A stretch of 64,000 nt of DNA from a virus: the IMG/VR virus record IMGVR_UViG_3300040801_002290, positions 32,001-96,000 of that record; one strand, written 5' to 3'. This document shows positions 17,315-26,263 of the stretch, piece after piece (position 1 is the first letter of the stretch; each line of letters begins with the position of its first letter). Position numbers and translations under genes: made by a program. The notes under the pieces are model-generated. The model did not search any database. It was not told where the DNA came from and was given only the letters and a program-made list of their open reading frames with translations.

Positions 17315-17794
17315 TTACCACCAACCGAAAGGTAGTAGGGGGGCCTGCTGATAGCGAAGACCGATTCCAAAAACAACATCCGGTAGGGTAGTGAATCCAG
17401 CGTAAGTAAGGGGAGCCCTAACTCCTGCGGAGGCTACTAGAGAGAAGTCGTTCTGCTCCTGGGGCACAACTAGGTCGAGCATAAGGCTTCCAGCCATCTG
17501 TCCAAGTACGAAGAATTCGCCGTCATAAACGGGGACGTGAACACGTAGAGAGGTGGTCAAATCGGCTCCGTCCATTTCAAGAACAAGTGCGCGGGCACCA
17601 ACAGAGACTTCTGTATCCCAAGCGAACGGAACAACAGAAACCCCTAGAAGCAACTCGCCTACGGACTCGACGGGAAGACCGTACTCGGCGGTAACTGCAA
17701 CGTCACCCTGGTAAATCCCCCCTACAGTAAAGCTCTGAGCCATACCGAAGGATACTGCTGCAAGAACTAGCAAACTAACAAAAACCTTCTTCAT
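17315..17794 (-). CDS. Secreted protein, putative outer-membrane beta-barrel
   Basis: Signal peptide ending MA/Q; alternating amphipathic strands; final strand VFGIGLRY. Confidence 0.55.
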   Translation of the reverse strand: MKKVFVSLLVLAAVSFGMAQSFTVGGIYQGDVAVTAEYGLPVESVGELLLGVSVVPFAWDTEVSVGARALVLEMDGADLTTSLRVHVPVYDGEFFVLGQMAGSLMLDLVVPQEQNDFSLVASAGVRAPLTYAGFTTLPDVVFGIGLRYQQAPLLPFGWW

Positions 17795-17840
17795 ATTTTT
17801 CTCCTATTCTCTTTCGGCACACGGTTTTTGTGCGCCATAA

Positions 17841-18212
17841 TTAGCGAACTTCTATTTCCAATTCTTCTGGGGTGTTCAACTCTACCCCGATTGTAAGTAT
17901 ACCGTCTTCAAGGCTGGCTGTCAAGGTGTTTGGGTTAGAGTTTCTTGGAAGTGAGTACCTGTAGTTAAAGTCTCTACTGTCCTTCTTACCGAAGACTGAG
18001 ACAACCCTATTTACAAGCTTAACAGAGATTTCATCCTTCTTAAACCCAGGAATTTCTAAAGGTAAGGTTGCCTTATCCCCGCTAATTTCCCAGTAGTTCG
18101 TTACTCTGCTATTGCGAGAGTAAGAAGGGATGTCCCAATTAAATAGACTATCAAAGTAGCGGTCGAAGTTGTTTAGGGCATAATTTCTTGGTGAGTATCT
18201 AACTAGTGACAT
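17841..18212 (-). CDS. hsp20: Hsp20/alpha-crystallin small heat-shock protein
   Basis: LEIPGFKKDEI, F.YRYSLP, ASLEDGILTI; AAGGAGG SD. Confidence 0.9.
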   Translation of the reverse strand: MSLVRYSPRNYALNNFDRYFDSLFNWDIPSYSRNSRVTNYWEISGDKATLPLEIPGFKKDEISVKLVNRVVSVFGKKDSRDFNYRYSLPRNSNPNTLTASLEDGILTIGVELNTPEELEIEVR

Positions 18213-18234
18213 ATTTCCTCCTTAGTGGTTATGA

Positions 18235-18255
18235 CTTGAGTGCCTTAGACTAAGA
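18235..18255. promoter_or_regulatory. HAIR-like (HspR) operator
   Basis: CTTGAGT-N7-ACTAAGA versus consensus CTTGAGT-N7-ACTCAAG (7/7 and 4/7), downstream of the hsp20 promoter. Confidence 0.5.
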
Positions 18256-18272
18256 TTTTCTAAGGCGAGTAC

Positions 18273-18302
18273 ATTATACTAAAGAGGGAGTTTTCATGTC
18301 AA
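18273..18302 (-). promoter_or_regulatory. Consensus sigma70 promoter of hsp20
   Basis: TTGACA-18-TATAAT. Confidence 0.8.
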
Positions 18303-18306
18303 TACC

Positions 18307-18609
18307 CTACTCATCAGAGAAGCCAGACCAACCAACATCCCTTGCCTGAAAAGGCTCTCTGTGAACCAGTATAGGAATTCCATTACGCTCTACTGACTCT
18401 ACAAGGAAATGCCTATTGGAGACAAACCAAACCTCCCCATTGTCATTGACAACAGAAAAATAAGCTTCTGAATTCATCTCCCCATTATCATGGACATCCA
18501 AAACCAGGTAAAGTATGTCTGGGTTTAAAAATGCTTCCTGAGGAGTCGGACCTTCAACTATATCGCTTCCTTTATATGTATTAGGTCTAACCCACAAATC
18601 ATAGTTCAT
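18307..18609 (-). CDS. Hypothetical protein
   Basis: ATGA overlap with the upstream stop at 18606-18609. Confidence 0.6.
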   Translation of the reverse strand: MNYDLWVRPNTYKGSDIVEGPTPQEAFLNPDILYLVLDVHDNGEMNSEAYFSVVNDNGEVWFVSNRHFLVESVERNGIPILVHREPFQARDVGWSGFSDE

Positions 18610-19298
18610 ACAAGACTCTTTCTTTGCTGAATAGGAACGCAAGCCTCCCCGTAGTCCTTAATAAGAGCGTCCATATCGCTTATGGAGATAAAGGCATGTC
18701 CCTTCTTTCCCCAGTGCCTACCCCAACTGTTCTTGATTCTGAAAAGCCCCTTTTCCAGGTCAACACCGTTGATTACGTAAGCGTGTCCACCAGTGTTGGA
18801 GCCAGTTGCACGAATCAAGCCTTCTGCATCAGGATAGAACATGTCCTGCTTCCACCAAGTACCAACGATAACTGGACCTAGGGTTAGAATGGTTTGCGCT
18901 ACTTCGTCAGCGTTACTAGCCCACCTGTACTCTTTAATATGTCCCCACTCCTGCAAGACCTTCGCACCAGCACGTACGCTGGTACCATCGTATAGAGGGG
19001 TGGTACAGTCTCCAGGCCACGGGTCTAGCTTCTGAGCTTCACAATAAAGAACAGAAGTATCTATAGACGGTCTGTTCTTCTTGAAAATACTGGTTAACTG
19101 AGGGCCATCATTTAGCCAGTGAGCCCAAGAAAAAGCAACGCAGTGAGGGGTGTGACCCTGGTCTCCCCACCAACCCTCTGACCACCAAAATCTTTTGGTA
19201 GCGGTGGAGCGTCGAGAGACCAGCATTGGAGTTATGGGGTAAAGGCTGTCTCTGTCGTCCTCAACGTAAAGCCTCCCCATTGAATATTCTCTTGACAT
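18606..19298 (-). CDS. Papain-like cysteine peptidase (C1 family)
   Basis: DQG.TPHCVAFS, GGHAYVING, IKNSWG..WG. Confidence 0.88.
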   Translation of the reverse strand: MSREYSMGRLYVEDDRDSLYPITPMLVSRRSTATKRFWWSEGWWGDQGHTPHCVAFSWAHWLNDGPQLTSIFKKNRPSIDTSVLYCEAQKLDPWPGDCTTPLYDGTSVRAGAKVLQEWGHIKEYRWASNADEVAQTILTLGPVIVGTWWKQDMFYPDAEGLIRATGSNTGGHAYVINGVDLEKGLFRIKNSWGRHWGKKGHAFISISDMDALIKDYGEACVPIQQRKSLV

Positions 19299-19762
19299 TA
19301 TTCACCTCCCTGAGAGGAAAATAGAAATACTCCTGCTGGAATTCCAACTTCGGAGGTTATGGTGTAATTTCCCTCAAAGCTTCCTTCTAGGACTGAGCCC
19401 GTTAAACCAAGGGCAGTAATGTCTTCGCAGAAAACAATTAGGTCTACGCTTGCAGCAGTTTGAGTTCCACCAACAGAGCATGGTGCATCGTTGGTATCAA
19501 AAATCCAGTTTCCAGAAATGCTTCCACTTTCTGTCTGTGGAGCGAGATTCATATTCACTATAATTCTCTGATTTTCTTCATTGCCCGAAGCGTCGGTAAA
19601 GGAAAAGTAAATCGCCCCTACCCAATCTCCTTCTAGGAGGGTGGTCTCAACTACTGGTGGCGGGGGAAAAACTACATCTTCCTCTTCGTCTACCACGTCA
19701 GGTGGCCAACATGCCACCAAAAGAAGTGGTAAAATCGCAATTAAAAACAGCTTTTTTATCAT
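19298..19762 (-). CDS. Lipoprotein
   Basis: Signal peptide with LVAC lipobox. Confidence 0.7.
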   Translation of the reverse strand: MIKKLFLIAILPLLLVACWPPDVVDEEEDVVFPPPPVVETTLLEGDWVGAIYFSFTDASGNEENQRIIVNMNLAPQTESGSISGNWIFDTNDAPCSVGGTQTAASVDLIVFCEDITALGLTGSVLEGSFEGNYTITSEVGIPAGVFLFSSQGGE

Positions 19763-19779
19763 ATGTCTCCTTAAAATAG

Positions 19780-19805
19780 AGGGGCGAAGATATAACTACG
19801 CCCCT
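19780..19805 (-). terminator. Terminator-like hairpin after the micropeptide
   Basis: AGGGGCG/CGCCCCT stem followed by CTATTTT. Confidence 0.55.
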
Positions 19806-19810
19806 AATGA

Positions 19811-19852
19811 TTACTTACAACCGCACTTGCAACCGCATCCACATCCACACAT
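19811..19852 (-). CDS. 13-aa Cys/Gly-rich micropeptide MCGCGCGCKCGCK (absent from the ORF track)
   Basis: AAGGAGG SD 6 nt upstream, overlapping the nrdJ stop; mixed synonymous codons; TAA followed by a terminator. Confidence 0.7.
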   Translation of the reverse strand: MCGCGCGCKCGCK

Positions 19853-19863
19853 AGCTACCCTCC

Positions 19864-21741
19864 TTATGTAACTTCGCAACTGGCACCATAGCAAGCCAGA
19901 TTATCTGCCAATGATGTATTATCTTCTGGTTCAATGACCTTTGTCAAATCAACCATAGATAGAGTTTTAATCATTCTTTCGTATGTTTCAGCATCACAGT
20001 CCTCAAAAGGTGCCTGTTGATAACTGTGGTCACTGTGAGGCAGACAGGAAACAGCGGTAAAACTTTCGTTATGCTCCCAGAGGAAATCTCTAACTTCATC
20101 CCATTCGTCGTCCTTGATGTTAATAGTGCAACTAACGTTGTGGGTGTTGTCACCTAAAATATGTCCGGGCTTAATCCAATCCTCGTGCAGAAGCTGAACT
20201 CTTTCAAGAAGGCTTACGGCAGTTTCTGTGTGTCTAGTGACTGCGCCCTCTGGTGCCTTCTGTGGGACCGTAATTACCGCAGTCGTTTCTGGAGAGAAGA
20301 ATTCATCCTCGATTAGTTCTGGGTGGTAGATGGCTAGGTATGCGTAAATAGCCTCATTCTTGTTAACCCTAATCCTACGTAGGTAGTAGTCGTTGTGCCA
20401 CGCATGAACGCCTGAGGAGGAACCTAGAACTAGACTGGTGGTGCCACTAGGCTTAACCGTGGTAACTCTTCTAGCGTGGTTAATTCCTAGCATGTCAGCT
20501 ACTCTACGGTTCTCTTCTACAGAAACCTGAGCGGCTTGCTCCATGTCTAGCTTAGTTACTGTACCGCTCGCAATACCAGTCATGCTAACTCCGAGTAGAG
20601 CTTCCTTTTCCGCAGTCTCTCTCCACTCGTCCCTTAGGTAGTAGAAGTCGGTGTAAGCTGCTTGCAGAGTTCCGATAAAAGCAGCGGCCTTAGCTCTGGC
20701 GTTATAGTCGTCCTGGTCAACAATACTGGCTGCATTAATCTCTGTAAGGTTGCAAAAACCGTAAGGTTTCAATGAGATTTCCGCGCAGGGATTTGTGCCG
20801 ATTTCTTTGTCATTAGTGAAGTAAAATCCAGGCTCACCGGCACCGCTGGCACGCATGTATTCCCAAACCTCATTAAAGCTTTCTTTGTTCATGCGGTGAC
20901 GAAGCAGTACAGCGGAGTTGTTTGCCCTACCACGCTGAGGGTTCAACTCATACCAAGCACCGGACTTGGAAGAGGCCATAGCATTGTCGCCATAGCTGAA
21001 CAGTGAAATCATGGCTGCCCTACGAATACCCCCACTAAGAACCGCATCAGCAATATGGCACTGAATATCGTGAGCTTCTACAGTAGTTAGTTTTGAACCG
21101 GGTTCCTTTTCGGCTAAAATGGCTTCGATTTTCGTGAGACAGATTTTCAATGGCTCGGGACCTGGTGCCTTACCGCCACTAGTAACAAGACGAGCGCCCT
21201 TCTTACGAATGTCTCTAAAATCAAAAACTGGACGTGTGGTCTTTGAAGGGTCTAGATAAGCCCGCATAAGAACGAGGACGGCATCTGCCCATCCGGTGAT
21301 ACTATCGTCTACCAAAAACCTTCTTGTCTTCTGTGGCTTCTTAATAGGGGGAAGCTGCTCAACGTGGTGACGCTGAACAGAGTAACCAACACCGGTACCA
21401 GAAAGGAGAAGAAACATGGTCTCGGAAAAGGCTTCTATATCTTTTACGGGGAGGTAGGAACAGTTGTATAGCCTAGCATTGTTCAACTCTACTGCTCTAC
21501 CGGCAAACTGCATACTCCTCATGGAAGGCAGAACTTTCTTAGTCCTTACAAAGTTATCGTAGACTTCGGTAATCTCCTCAGCCAAAGCAGGAAACTTCTC
21601 AACATGCATTGCTAAGTTTCTGTCTACCAACTCATCCCAAGTCTCTCTTCTCTCTTCTTCTGGAAGGTACTTGGCGTACTTCATAAAGACGGTAATTTCA
21701 GAGAGAATATCTCTAGCTGTCTCATCCTGCCTTTTTGTCAT
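19864..21741 (-). CDS. nrdJ: Class II (B12-dependent) ribonucleotide reductase, monomeric type
   Basis: LPSMRSMQFAG, YNCS, GTNPCAEI, TVKPSGT, C-term ACYGASCE. Confidence 0.92.
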   Translation of the reverse strand: MTKRQDETARDILSEITVFMKYAKYLPEEERRETWDELVDRNLAMHVEKFPALAEEITEVYDNFVRTKKVLPSMRSMQFAGRAVELNNARLYNCSYLPVKDIEAFSETMFLLLSGTGVGYSVQRHHVEQLPPIKKPQKTRRFLVDDSITGWADAVLVLMRAYLDPSKTTRPVFDFRDIRKKGARLVTSGGKAPGPEPLKICLTKIEAILAEKEPGSKLTTVEAHDIQCHIADAVLSGGIRRAAMISLFSYGDNAMASSKSGAWYELNPQRGRANNSAVLLRHRMNKESFNEVWEYMRASGAGEPGFYFTNDKEIGTNPCAEISLKPYGFCNLTEINAASIVDQDDYNARAKAAAFIGTLQAAYTDFYYLRDEWRETAEKEALLGVSMTGIASGTVTKLDMEQAAQVSVEENRRVADMLGINHARRVTTVKPSGTTSLVLGSSSGVHAWHNDYYLRRIRVNKNEAIYAYLAIYHPELIEDEFFSPETTAVITVPQKAPEGAVTRHTETAVSLLERVQLLHEDWIKPGHILGDNTHNVSCTINIKDDEWDEVRDFLWEHNESFTAVSCLPHSDHSYQQAPFEDCDAETYERMIKTLSMVDLTKVIEPEDNTSLADNLACYGASCEVT

Positions 21742-22046
21742 TCTGACACCCCGCTGTATTCAGAAAAAGCCGCTTCGTAGTCTCTCTTCGCCCTGAGACC
21801 AGTAAATGTCTTTTTCTCTACTCCGTTTACAAAAAGCATAACCGTAGGAACGGCACGAATCTGATGCTTCATAGCCAATTCCTGAGCTTCATCAACGTTG
21901 ACCTTCAAAAACCGTAGGTTAGAGTATTTCTGTGAAAGGTCTTCCATGATTGGCCCAAGCATTCTGCAAGGCTGACACCAGGGGGCGGTAAAGTAAACCA
22001 CCGAGTTGGTGTAATCCATTTGTGATAATCCCGTAACTTCCGTCAT
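21738..22046 (-). CDS. trxA: Thioredoxin
   Basis: WCQPC, VPT. Confidence 0.92.
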   Translation of the reverse strand: MTEVTGLSQMDYTNSVVYFTAPWCQPCRMLGPIMEDLSQKYSNLRFLKVNVDEAQELAMKHQIRAVPTVMLFVNGVEKKTFTGLRAKRDYEAAFSEYSGVSE

Positions 22047-22576
22047 TCCTTCTTCTCCTTTAGATACGTATGAACCTTCTTTAAGATTGATGTATCTGCC
22101 ACTCCCACAACTGGAAAAACTAGGTTCAATTTGTGTGAAAGGTCTTCTATGGGCACCAGAACAACTTCGCTCTCGTAACCATAATTCTTGACTACCTTTG
22201 TGTCGTAAGACTCATTAGATACTATTGTTTTAATCTCTTCCGGAGTGAAAAAGTACATCGACCACTCGGAATTTCGAAGATACATATATGAAATACAGTC
22301 TGCCTGTGAAGTGTGTGCCCAGCCCGATTTTAAAACCTCTCCGTCTTTTCTTCTGGATACTGTCTCTAAGGCAAGATTTCCTGTGGAATGGGCTTTGGTG
22401 TCGAACTTAACATCGTAATACACGTCGTCCAAGATAAAGTCGATTCCCTTCTTTTGCCACTTCCTGTCTGAAACTACTGATTTAACTTCACCTAGTTCAG
22501 AAAGCAGGCTAAAGAAGATTGCCTCACCAATACCGCCGACGCTGTTTGAAGATACGAAATTATGTGTTATAGCCAT
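22043..22576 (-). CDS. PD-(D/E)XK nuclease-like protein
   Basis: GIDF...DVKFD...TGNLALE. Confidence 0.6.
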   Translation of the reverse strand: MAITHNFVSSNSVGGIGEAIFFSLLSELGEVKSVVSDRKWQKKGIDFILDDVYYDVKFDTKAHSTGNLALETVSRRKDGEVLKSGWAHTSQADCISYMYLRNSEWSMYFFTPEEIKTIVSNESYDTKVVKNYGYESEVVLVPIEDLSHKLNLVFPVVGVADTSILKKVHTYLKEKKE

Positions 22577-22910
22577 TGTCCTTTTTCACCATTTCTAAGG
22601 CATTTATGGCTAACTCAGCGTCTTCTCTGCCTTGCTCTATATACTCTTCGATTAGTTCGATAACTATTTTAACGGGGTCTCTGTCGTACTTTTCCCAAAA
22701 TTCGACCTTTCCTAAATCATGTCTTCCATACAGATGAAGCTCATGGTCTAATGGGATAGCACCAAAATCAAAGTACTTTTTAAGTCCCCCGGAATATTTT
22801 CTAGTTACCGACTCGTGATGGATGTCTGGATTTCGTCGTCCAGATACTACACACCCCTTGCCACCTAGATAGTCTAGGTAGTCTTTGCTCTTTATCTTTT
22901 TAATTCCCAT
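22560..22910 (-). CDS. HNH/DUF968-like protein
   Basis: CVVSG...DIHH...AIPLDHELH...H. Confidence 0.55.
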   Translation of the reverse strand: MGIKKIKSKDYLDYLGGKGCVVSGRRNPDIHHESVTRKYSGGLKKYFDFGAIPLDHELHLYGRHDLGKVEFWEKYDRDPVKIVIELIEEYIEQGREDAELAINALEMVKKDNGYNT

Positions 22911-23058
22911 GCTCGACTCCAGTTGGGTTGATGGTCTGTTAGTGTAGCAAAACCGGGATGAAGAATCAAAAGTTTAACTACAGAAAATCAGGCGCTATAA
23001 AACTTAAAAATTGCTCATACAGACACTATACACTAACTTTTCATGAGGAGTCTGAGAA

Positions 23059-24102
23059 TCACATAAGACAGGATTTTACGTGTGCAACCACTCTATCAAA
23101 CGCATCCAAGTCGGCCAAAGCTTCCATAATCTTAGCTTTGCCATTGAACTTAGGCTCCTCGTAATCAGGGAAAAGCTCTACGGGGAAGGTGTACCAAGCC
23201 CCAGCACGAACAATTCCAAGACGTTCAATAAGGGATGCATCGGTAAGGATTCCCGACAACTCGTCCACCATATCAATGTAACCATTTACATCCATGATGT
23301 ACTCTGCCTGACGACCGGGAGGGGCAAGCTTGTTCTTTTCCAGAGTTGCCTTGATGAGAACCTGGTCATCCTTCCTTTTACTCTTCAAATCCACGGTCAT
23401 TGAGGAATGGAAATTTAGGGCGTGGCCACCTGGTCGGACGGGTTTGGGGTTGTACATGTTGAGTGAATCCCTTAGCTGATTGGTGATTATCATCCAAAGG
23501 TGGTTTCTAGAAACCGGGCCATTAAGTTTTGGCATGAAGTCAGACATTATCTTAGCCCGCTTGCCCATGTTGGCGTCACCCAACTCCCCAGCTACAACAG
23601 CCTTAATCGGAGAGCCAGCAATAGAATCAAGAATAATCATGTCGTACACTGAGGAGTCTGCTAAGTCTACTGCTACTTCACCAGCTACCTCAAGGCTGTC
23701 AACCTTAATCCACTCAAATGTTCCGAGATTAACCCCGAGCTTTTCTGCCCAGGCAGGGTCTAGTGCGTACTCCGTGTCAATAAAAGCAACTGTACCACCC
23801 TGCTCCTGCACGTTGGCAGCGGCTTTCAAGGCGTGCGTAGTTTTACCAGAAGATTCCCACCCTGCTATTTGAGTGATTCTCCCTCTGGGGTATCCACCAA
23901 TCCCTGTAGCTATATCTAGAGCAAGGCTTCCGGTAGAAATAGTCTCTATCGGAGAAGCCTTACCTATCTGTACGGAATCGTCTCCATGCTCCTTGAGTAT
24001 CTTAGCCAATAGAGACTCACGGGCTTTCTTGTCCCCCGCATTGAGGGACAAAGAAGTTCCGTGAGTCTCAGAATACTTACTATCATCTAATTTTGTAGTC
24101 AT
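23059..24102 (-). CDS. recA: RecA recombinase
   Basis: STGSLALDIA.G.GGYPRGR, GWESSGKTT, FIDTE, ITNQLR, PGG.AL.F. Confidence 0.95.
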   Translation of the reverse strand: MTTKLDDSKYSETHGTSLSLNAGDKKARESLLAKILKEHGDDSVQIGKASPIETISTGSLALDIATGIGGYPRGRITQIAGWESSGKTTHALKAAANVQEQGGTVAFIDTEYALDPAWAEKLGVNLGTFEWIKVDSLEVAGEVAVDLADSSVYDMIILDSIAGSPIKAVVAGELGDANMGKRAKIMSDFMPKLNGPVSRNHLWMIITNQLRDSLNMYNPKPVRPGGHALNFHSSMTVDLKSKRKDDQVLIKATLEKNKLAPPGRQAEYIMDVNGYIDMVDELSGILTDASLIERLGIVRAGAWYTFPVELFPDYEEPKFNGKAKIMEALADLDAFDRVVAHVKSCLM

Positions 24103-24866
24103 TCAGCACTGCTCGCTTCCTGAATAATACGCTGAACCTCTTCATAAACCGCACGCTTAACTATAAGCGGGGCATAAGAGTTGTAATTACCCATGACATG
24201 AATGTGTCTTAGAGTTTCGTCGGCCCTGCGAGCAAGCTCAGGGGACAGGGATAGCGTCTTGACCTGTGTAATGGCTTCCTGAATAACGGGGTCTGGACTG
24301 GGCCTTTCAGCCGGGAGAGCCCAATCGGGGAGTTCCGGTGGTACGGTTACCTTACCATAGTCAACCTTAGCAGTAAGAGTTCCCAGTCTATAGAAGTATT
24401 CGCCAATTCCAAACTTTACAGCGGCCCTCTTTAGGGCATCAGAGTATGCACCCTTCAACTGCTCTGCAAAGGAAGGAACCCCAACGTCAGACTTGGTTAC
24501 TCCCAACACCGTAAGATGGCATCTGATTCCACCATACCTAATGTCGTTGTAAAGAAAACTCTTATCCCTTTCGAACTTAGGCGTCGTCTTATACTTAGTT
24601 CTGTTCACTCTGTCGTCTGGCAGGGAGTCAACATCGGTAACGTCTCTAACTTCTGTGTGAACAATCGTAGACTCAATGTAGTCATCGTGCCAATTATCTG
24701 CTCCTACAATCTCGTTAAGCCTGTTGGTAACAGTCCTTGCGTCAACGTATGCCAACGCCCCTGTGTTACCGCTACCGAATGCTGGTAGCCATTTCACATC
24801 TTCCGGGTCGAACGGCTCTGCTAGTCTACTTAGTACCCAATTATCAAGCACAAGCTTCAAACTCAT
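24099..24866 (-). CDS. Rad52/Rad22-family ssDNA annealing protein (DdrA-like)
   Basis: L..PF, AYVDAR.V..RL, CHLTVLGVTK.D, SDALKRAAVKFGIG.Y.Y. Confidence 0.88.
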   Translation of the reverse strand: MSLKLVLDNWVLSRLAEPFDPEDVKWLPAFGSGNTGALAYVDARTVTNRLNEIVGADNWHDDYIESTIVHTEVRDVTDVDSLPDDRVNRTKYKTTPKFERDKSFLYNDIRYGGIRCHLTVLGVTKSDVGVPSFAEQLKGAYSDALKRAAVKFGIGEYFYRLGTLTAKVDYGKVTVPPELPDWALPAERPSPDPVIQEAITQVKTLSLSPELARRADETLRHIHVMGNYNSYAPLIVKRAVYEEVQRIIQEASSAE

Positions 24867-24922
24867 TTTAAATCCTCCTAAATTTGCTTACTAGTCATTA
24901 TAACACGTAGTTTACCGTCTGA

Positions 24923-26263
24923 CTAGTAGGTCTTATTGAACTCCGAAGCGAGAGTAAATACACCATACGGCTTCTCCAACACAACCGACTCCGAGAAGAC
25001 AGCACCGTTTCTTTGCTTACCAACCTCCACTCTAAGGTATAGCTCGTCGTTGTCTTTGATGTAGTCGTCTACGTCACCATCACTTAATCCGCTAAGGACA
25101 AACTTATTCATGTCTACGTAAACAAATAGTACAATAGAAGCATCCTGCTCTAGGGAGCCACTATCCCGCAAGTCAGCAAGTGTGGGTTTACCAGTTGTGC
25201 GCTTTGTCACATCTCGATTAAGCTGAGAAGCTGCGACTACAGGAATGTTCAACTCACTAGCCAAACCCTTTAAATCCGCTGAGATTTGAGTTAGCTGTTG
25301 ATTTCTAGGGGCAGATACCAAATGGCCTGTAGCATTGATAAGACCAATATAGTCAACATAAACGACCTCACACCCATGCTCATAAACCATTTTACGCACC
25401 TTCTGAGGCACTGTAGCGTTGGTAAAAGGCCCACTATCGTCTATGAAAAGGGGCTTATTCTTGTACCAGTCTAACGCAGCCATGAGCTTTCTGTCTGTGC
25501 GAAACTCGTCAGGCTTCATCTTAAGAAGTTGAGAGCCATCAAAACGGGCTTTGGCAGAGATAAGTCGGTTAAGAATCTTTGAGGAATCCATTTCCATCGA
25601 AATGAACCCAACTCGCCTTTCGCTCTCTAGATTGGAACGAACGGACTGTAGCATCAGTGCTGTCTTACCAGTACCAGGCCGAGCAGCAATGTAGGTGACT
25701 TCCTTGGCATCGAAATCTACCAATCTATCATCCACGTCCTTGAGCCCCGTAAGCCTCAACAAACTCCTATCCTTGGAAAGCATGTTGATATAGGACTCAA
25801 CCAAGGCGGCACCAGTAACAAACTCCTGCTTAACACCTTTCTCGTTAATTCGGTGAGAAATTGTTGATATTTGAGAAACTATCTCGCTGAGGGATAAGTC
25901 TCGGTCCTTTACATGACCCTTAAGCTTCTCAAGCTCAAAGTCGAGAATTCTATACCCGGAAAACTCAGAAACCTGAGTTGCAAACGAGATAACCGAATCT
26001 GCTGGCACCCTGTAATCCAAGTACTCTTTCAACTCGGACTCTGTAATGCCCTCGTAGTTTCTCTTGGACAGGTGGTTAAGAAGGGTCTGTATGTTGACCT
26101 CAATCTTATTCTGGGCCAAATCCACAATCGAACGGAAAAGATATCTGGCCACGGGATTATAAAAGTCCTCAGGCTTAACAATCCCGTACACCTTAGGAAA
26201 AATCGTCGGGTCATACAACAAACTTCCAATGATTGAGATTTCGGTTTCTTTAGAGTTAACCAT
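24923..26263 (-). CDS. dnaB: Replicative DNA helicase DnaB
   Basis: AARPGTGKT, ISMEM, VDYIGL, ASQLNR, LRDSGSLEQDA, KQRNG. Confidence 0.95.
   Translation of the reverse strand: MVNSKETEISIIGSLLYDPTIFPKVYGIVKPEDFYNPVARYLFRSIVDLAQNKIEVNIQTLLNHLSKRNYEGITESELKEYLDYRVPADSVISFATQVSEFSGYRILDFELEKLKGHVKDRDLSLSEIVSQISTISHRINEKGVKQEFVTGAALVESYINMLSKDRSLLRLTGLKDVDDRLVDFDAKEVTYIAARPGTGKTALMLQSVRSNLESERRVGFISMEMDSSKILNRLISAKARFDGSQLLKMKPDEFRTDRKLMAALDWYKNKPLFIDDSGPFTNATVPQKVRKMVYEHGCEVVYVDYIGLINATGHLVSAPRNQQLTQISADLKGLASELNIPVVAASQLNRDVTKRTTGKPTLADLRDSGSLEQDASIVLFVYVDMNKFVLSGLSDGDVDDYIKDNDELYLRVEVGKQRNGAVFSESVVLEKPYGVFTLASEFNKTY

Noticed and set aside
18213-18270. CIRCE (HrcA) element upstream of hsp20
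   Set aside because: Only one arm resembles TTAGCACTC; the HAIR fit is better
19811-19852. Microsatellite explanation for the CG-repeat peptide
   Set aside because: Synonymous codons vary, and the SD, start and stop are all well placed
23080-24064. Plus-strand ORFs opposite recA, and similar shadow ORFs (e.g. 895-1137, 5265-5540, 40653-41105, 50275-50583)
   Set aside because: Antisense to well-supported genes, no SD, low-complexity translations
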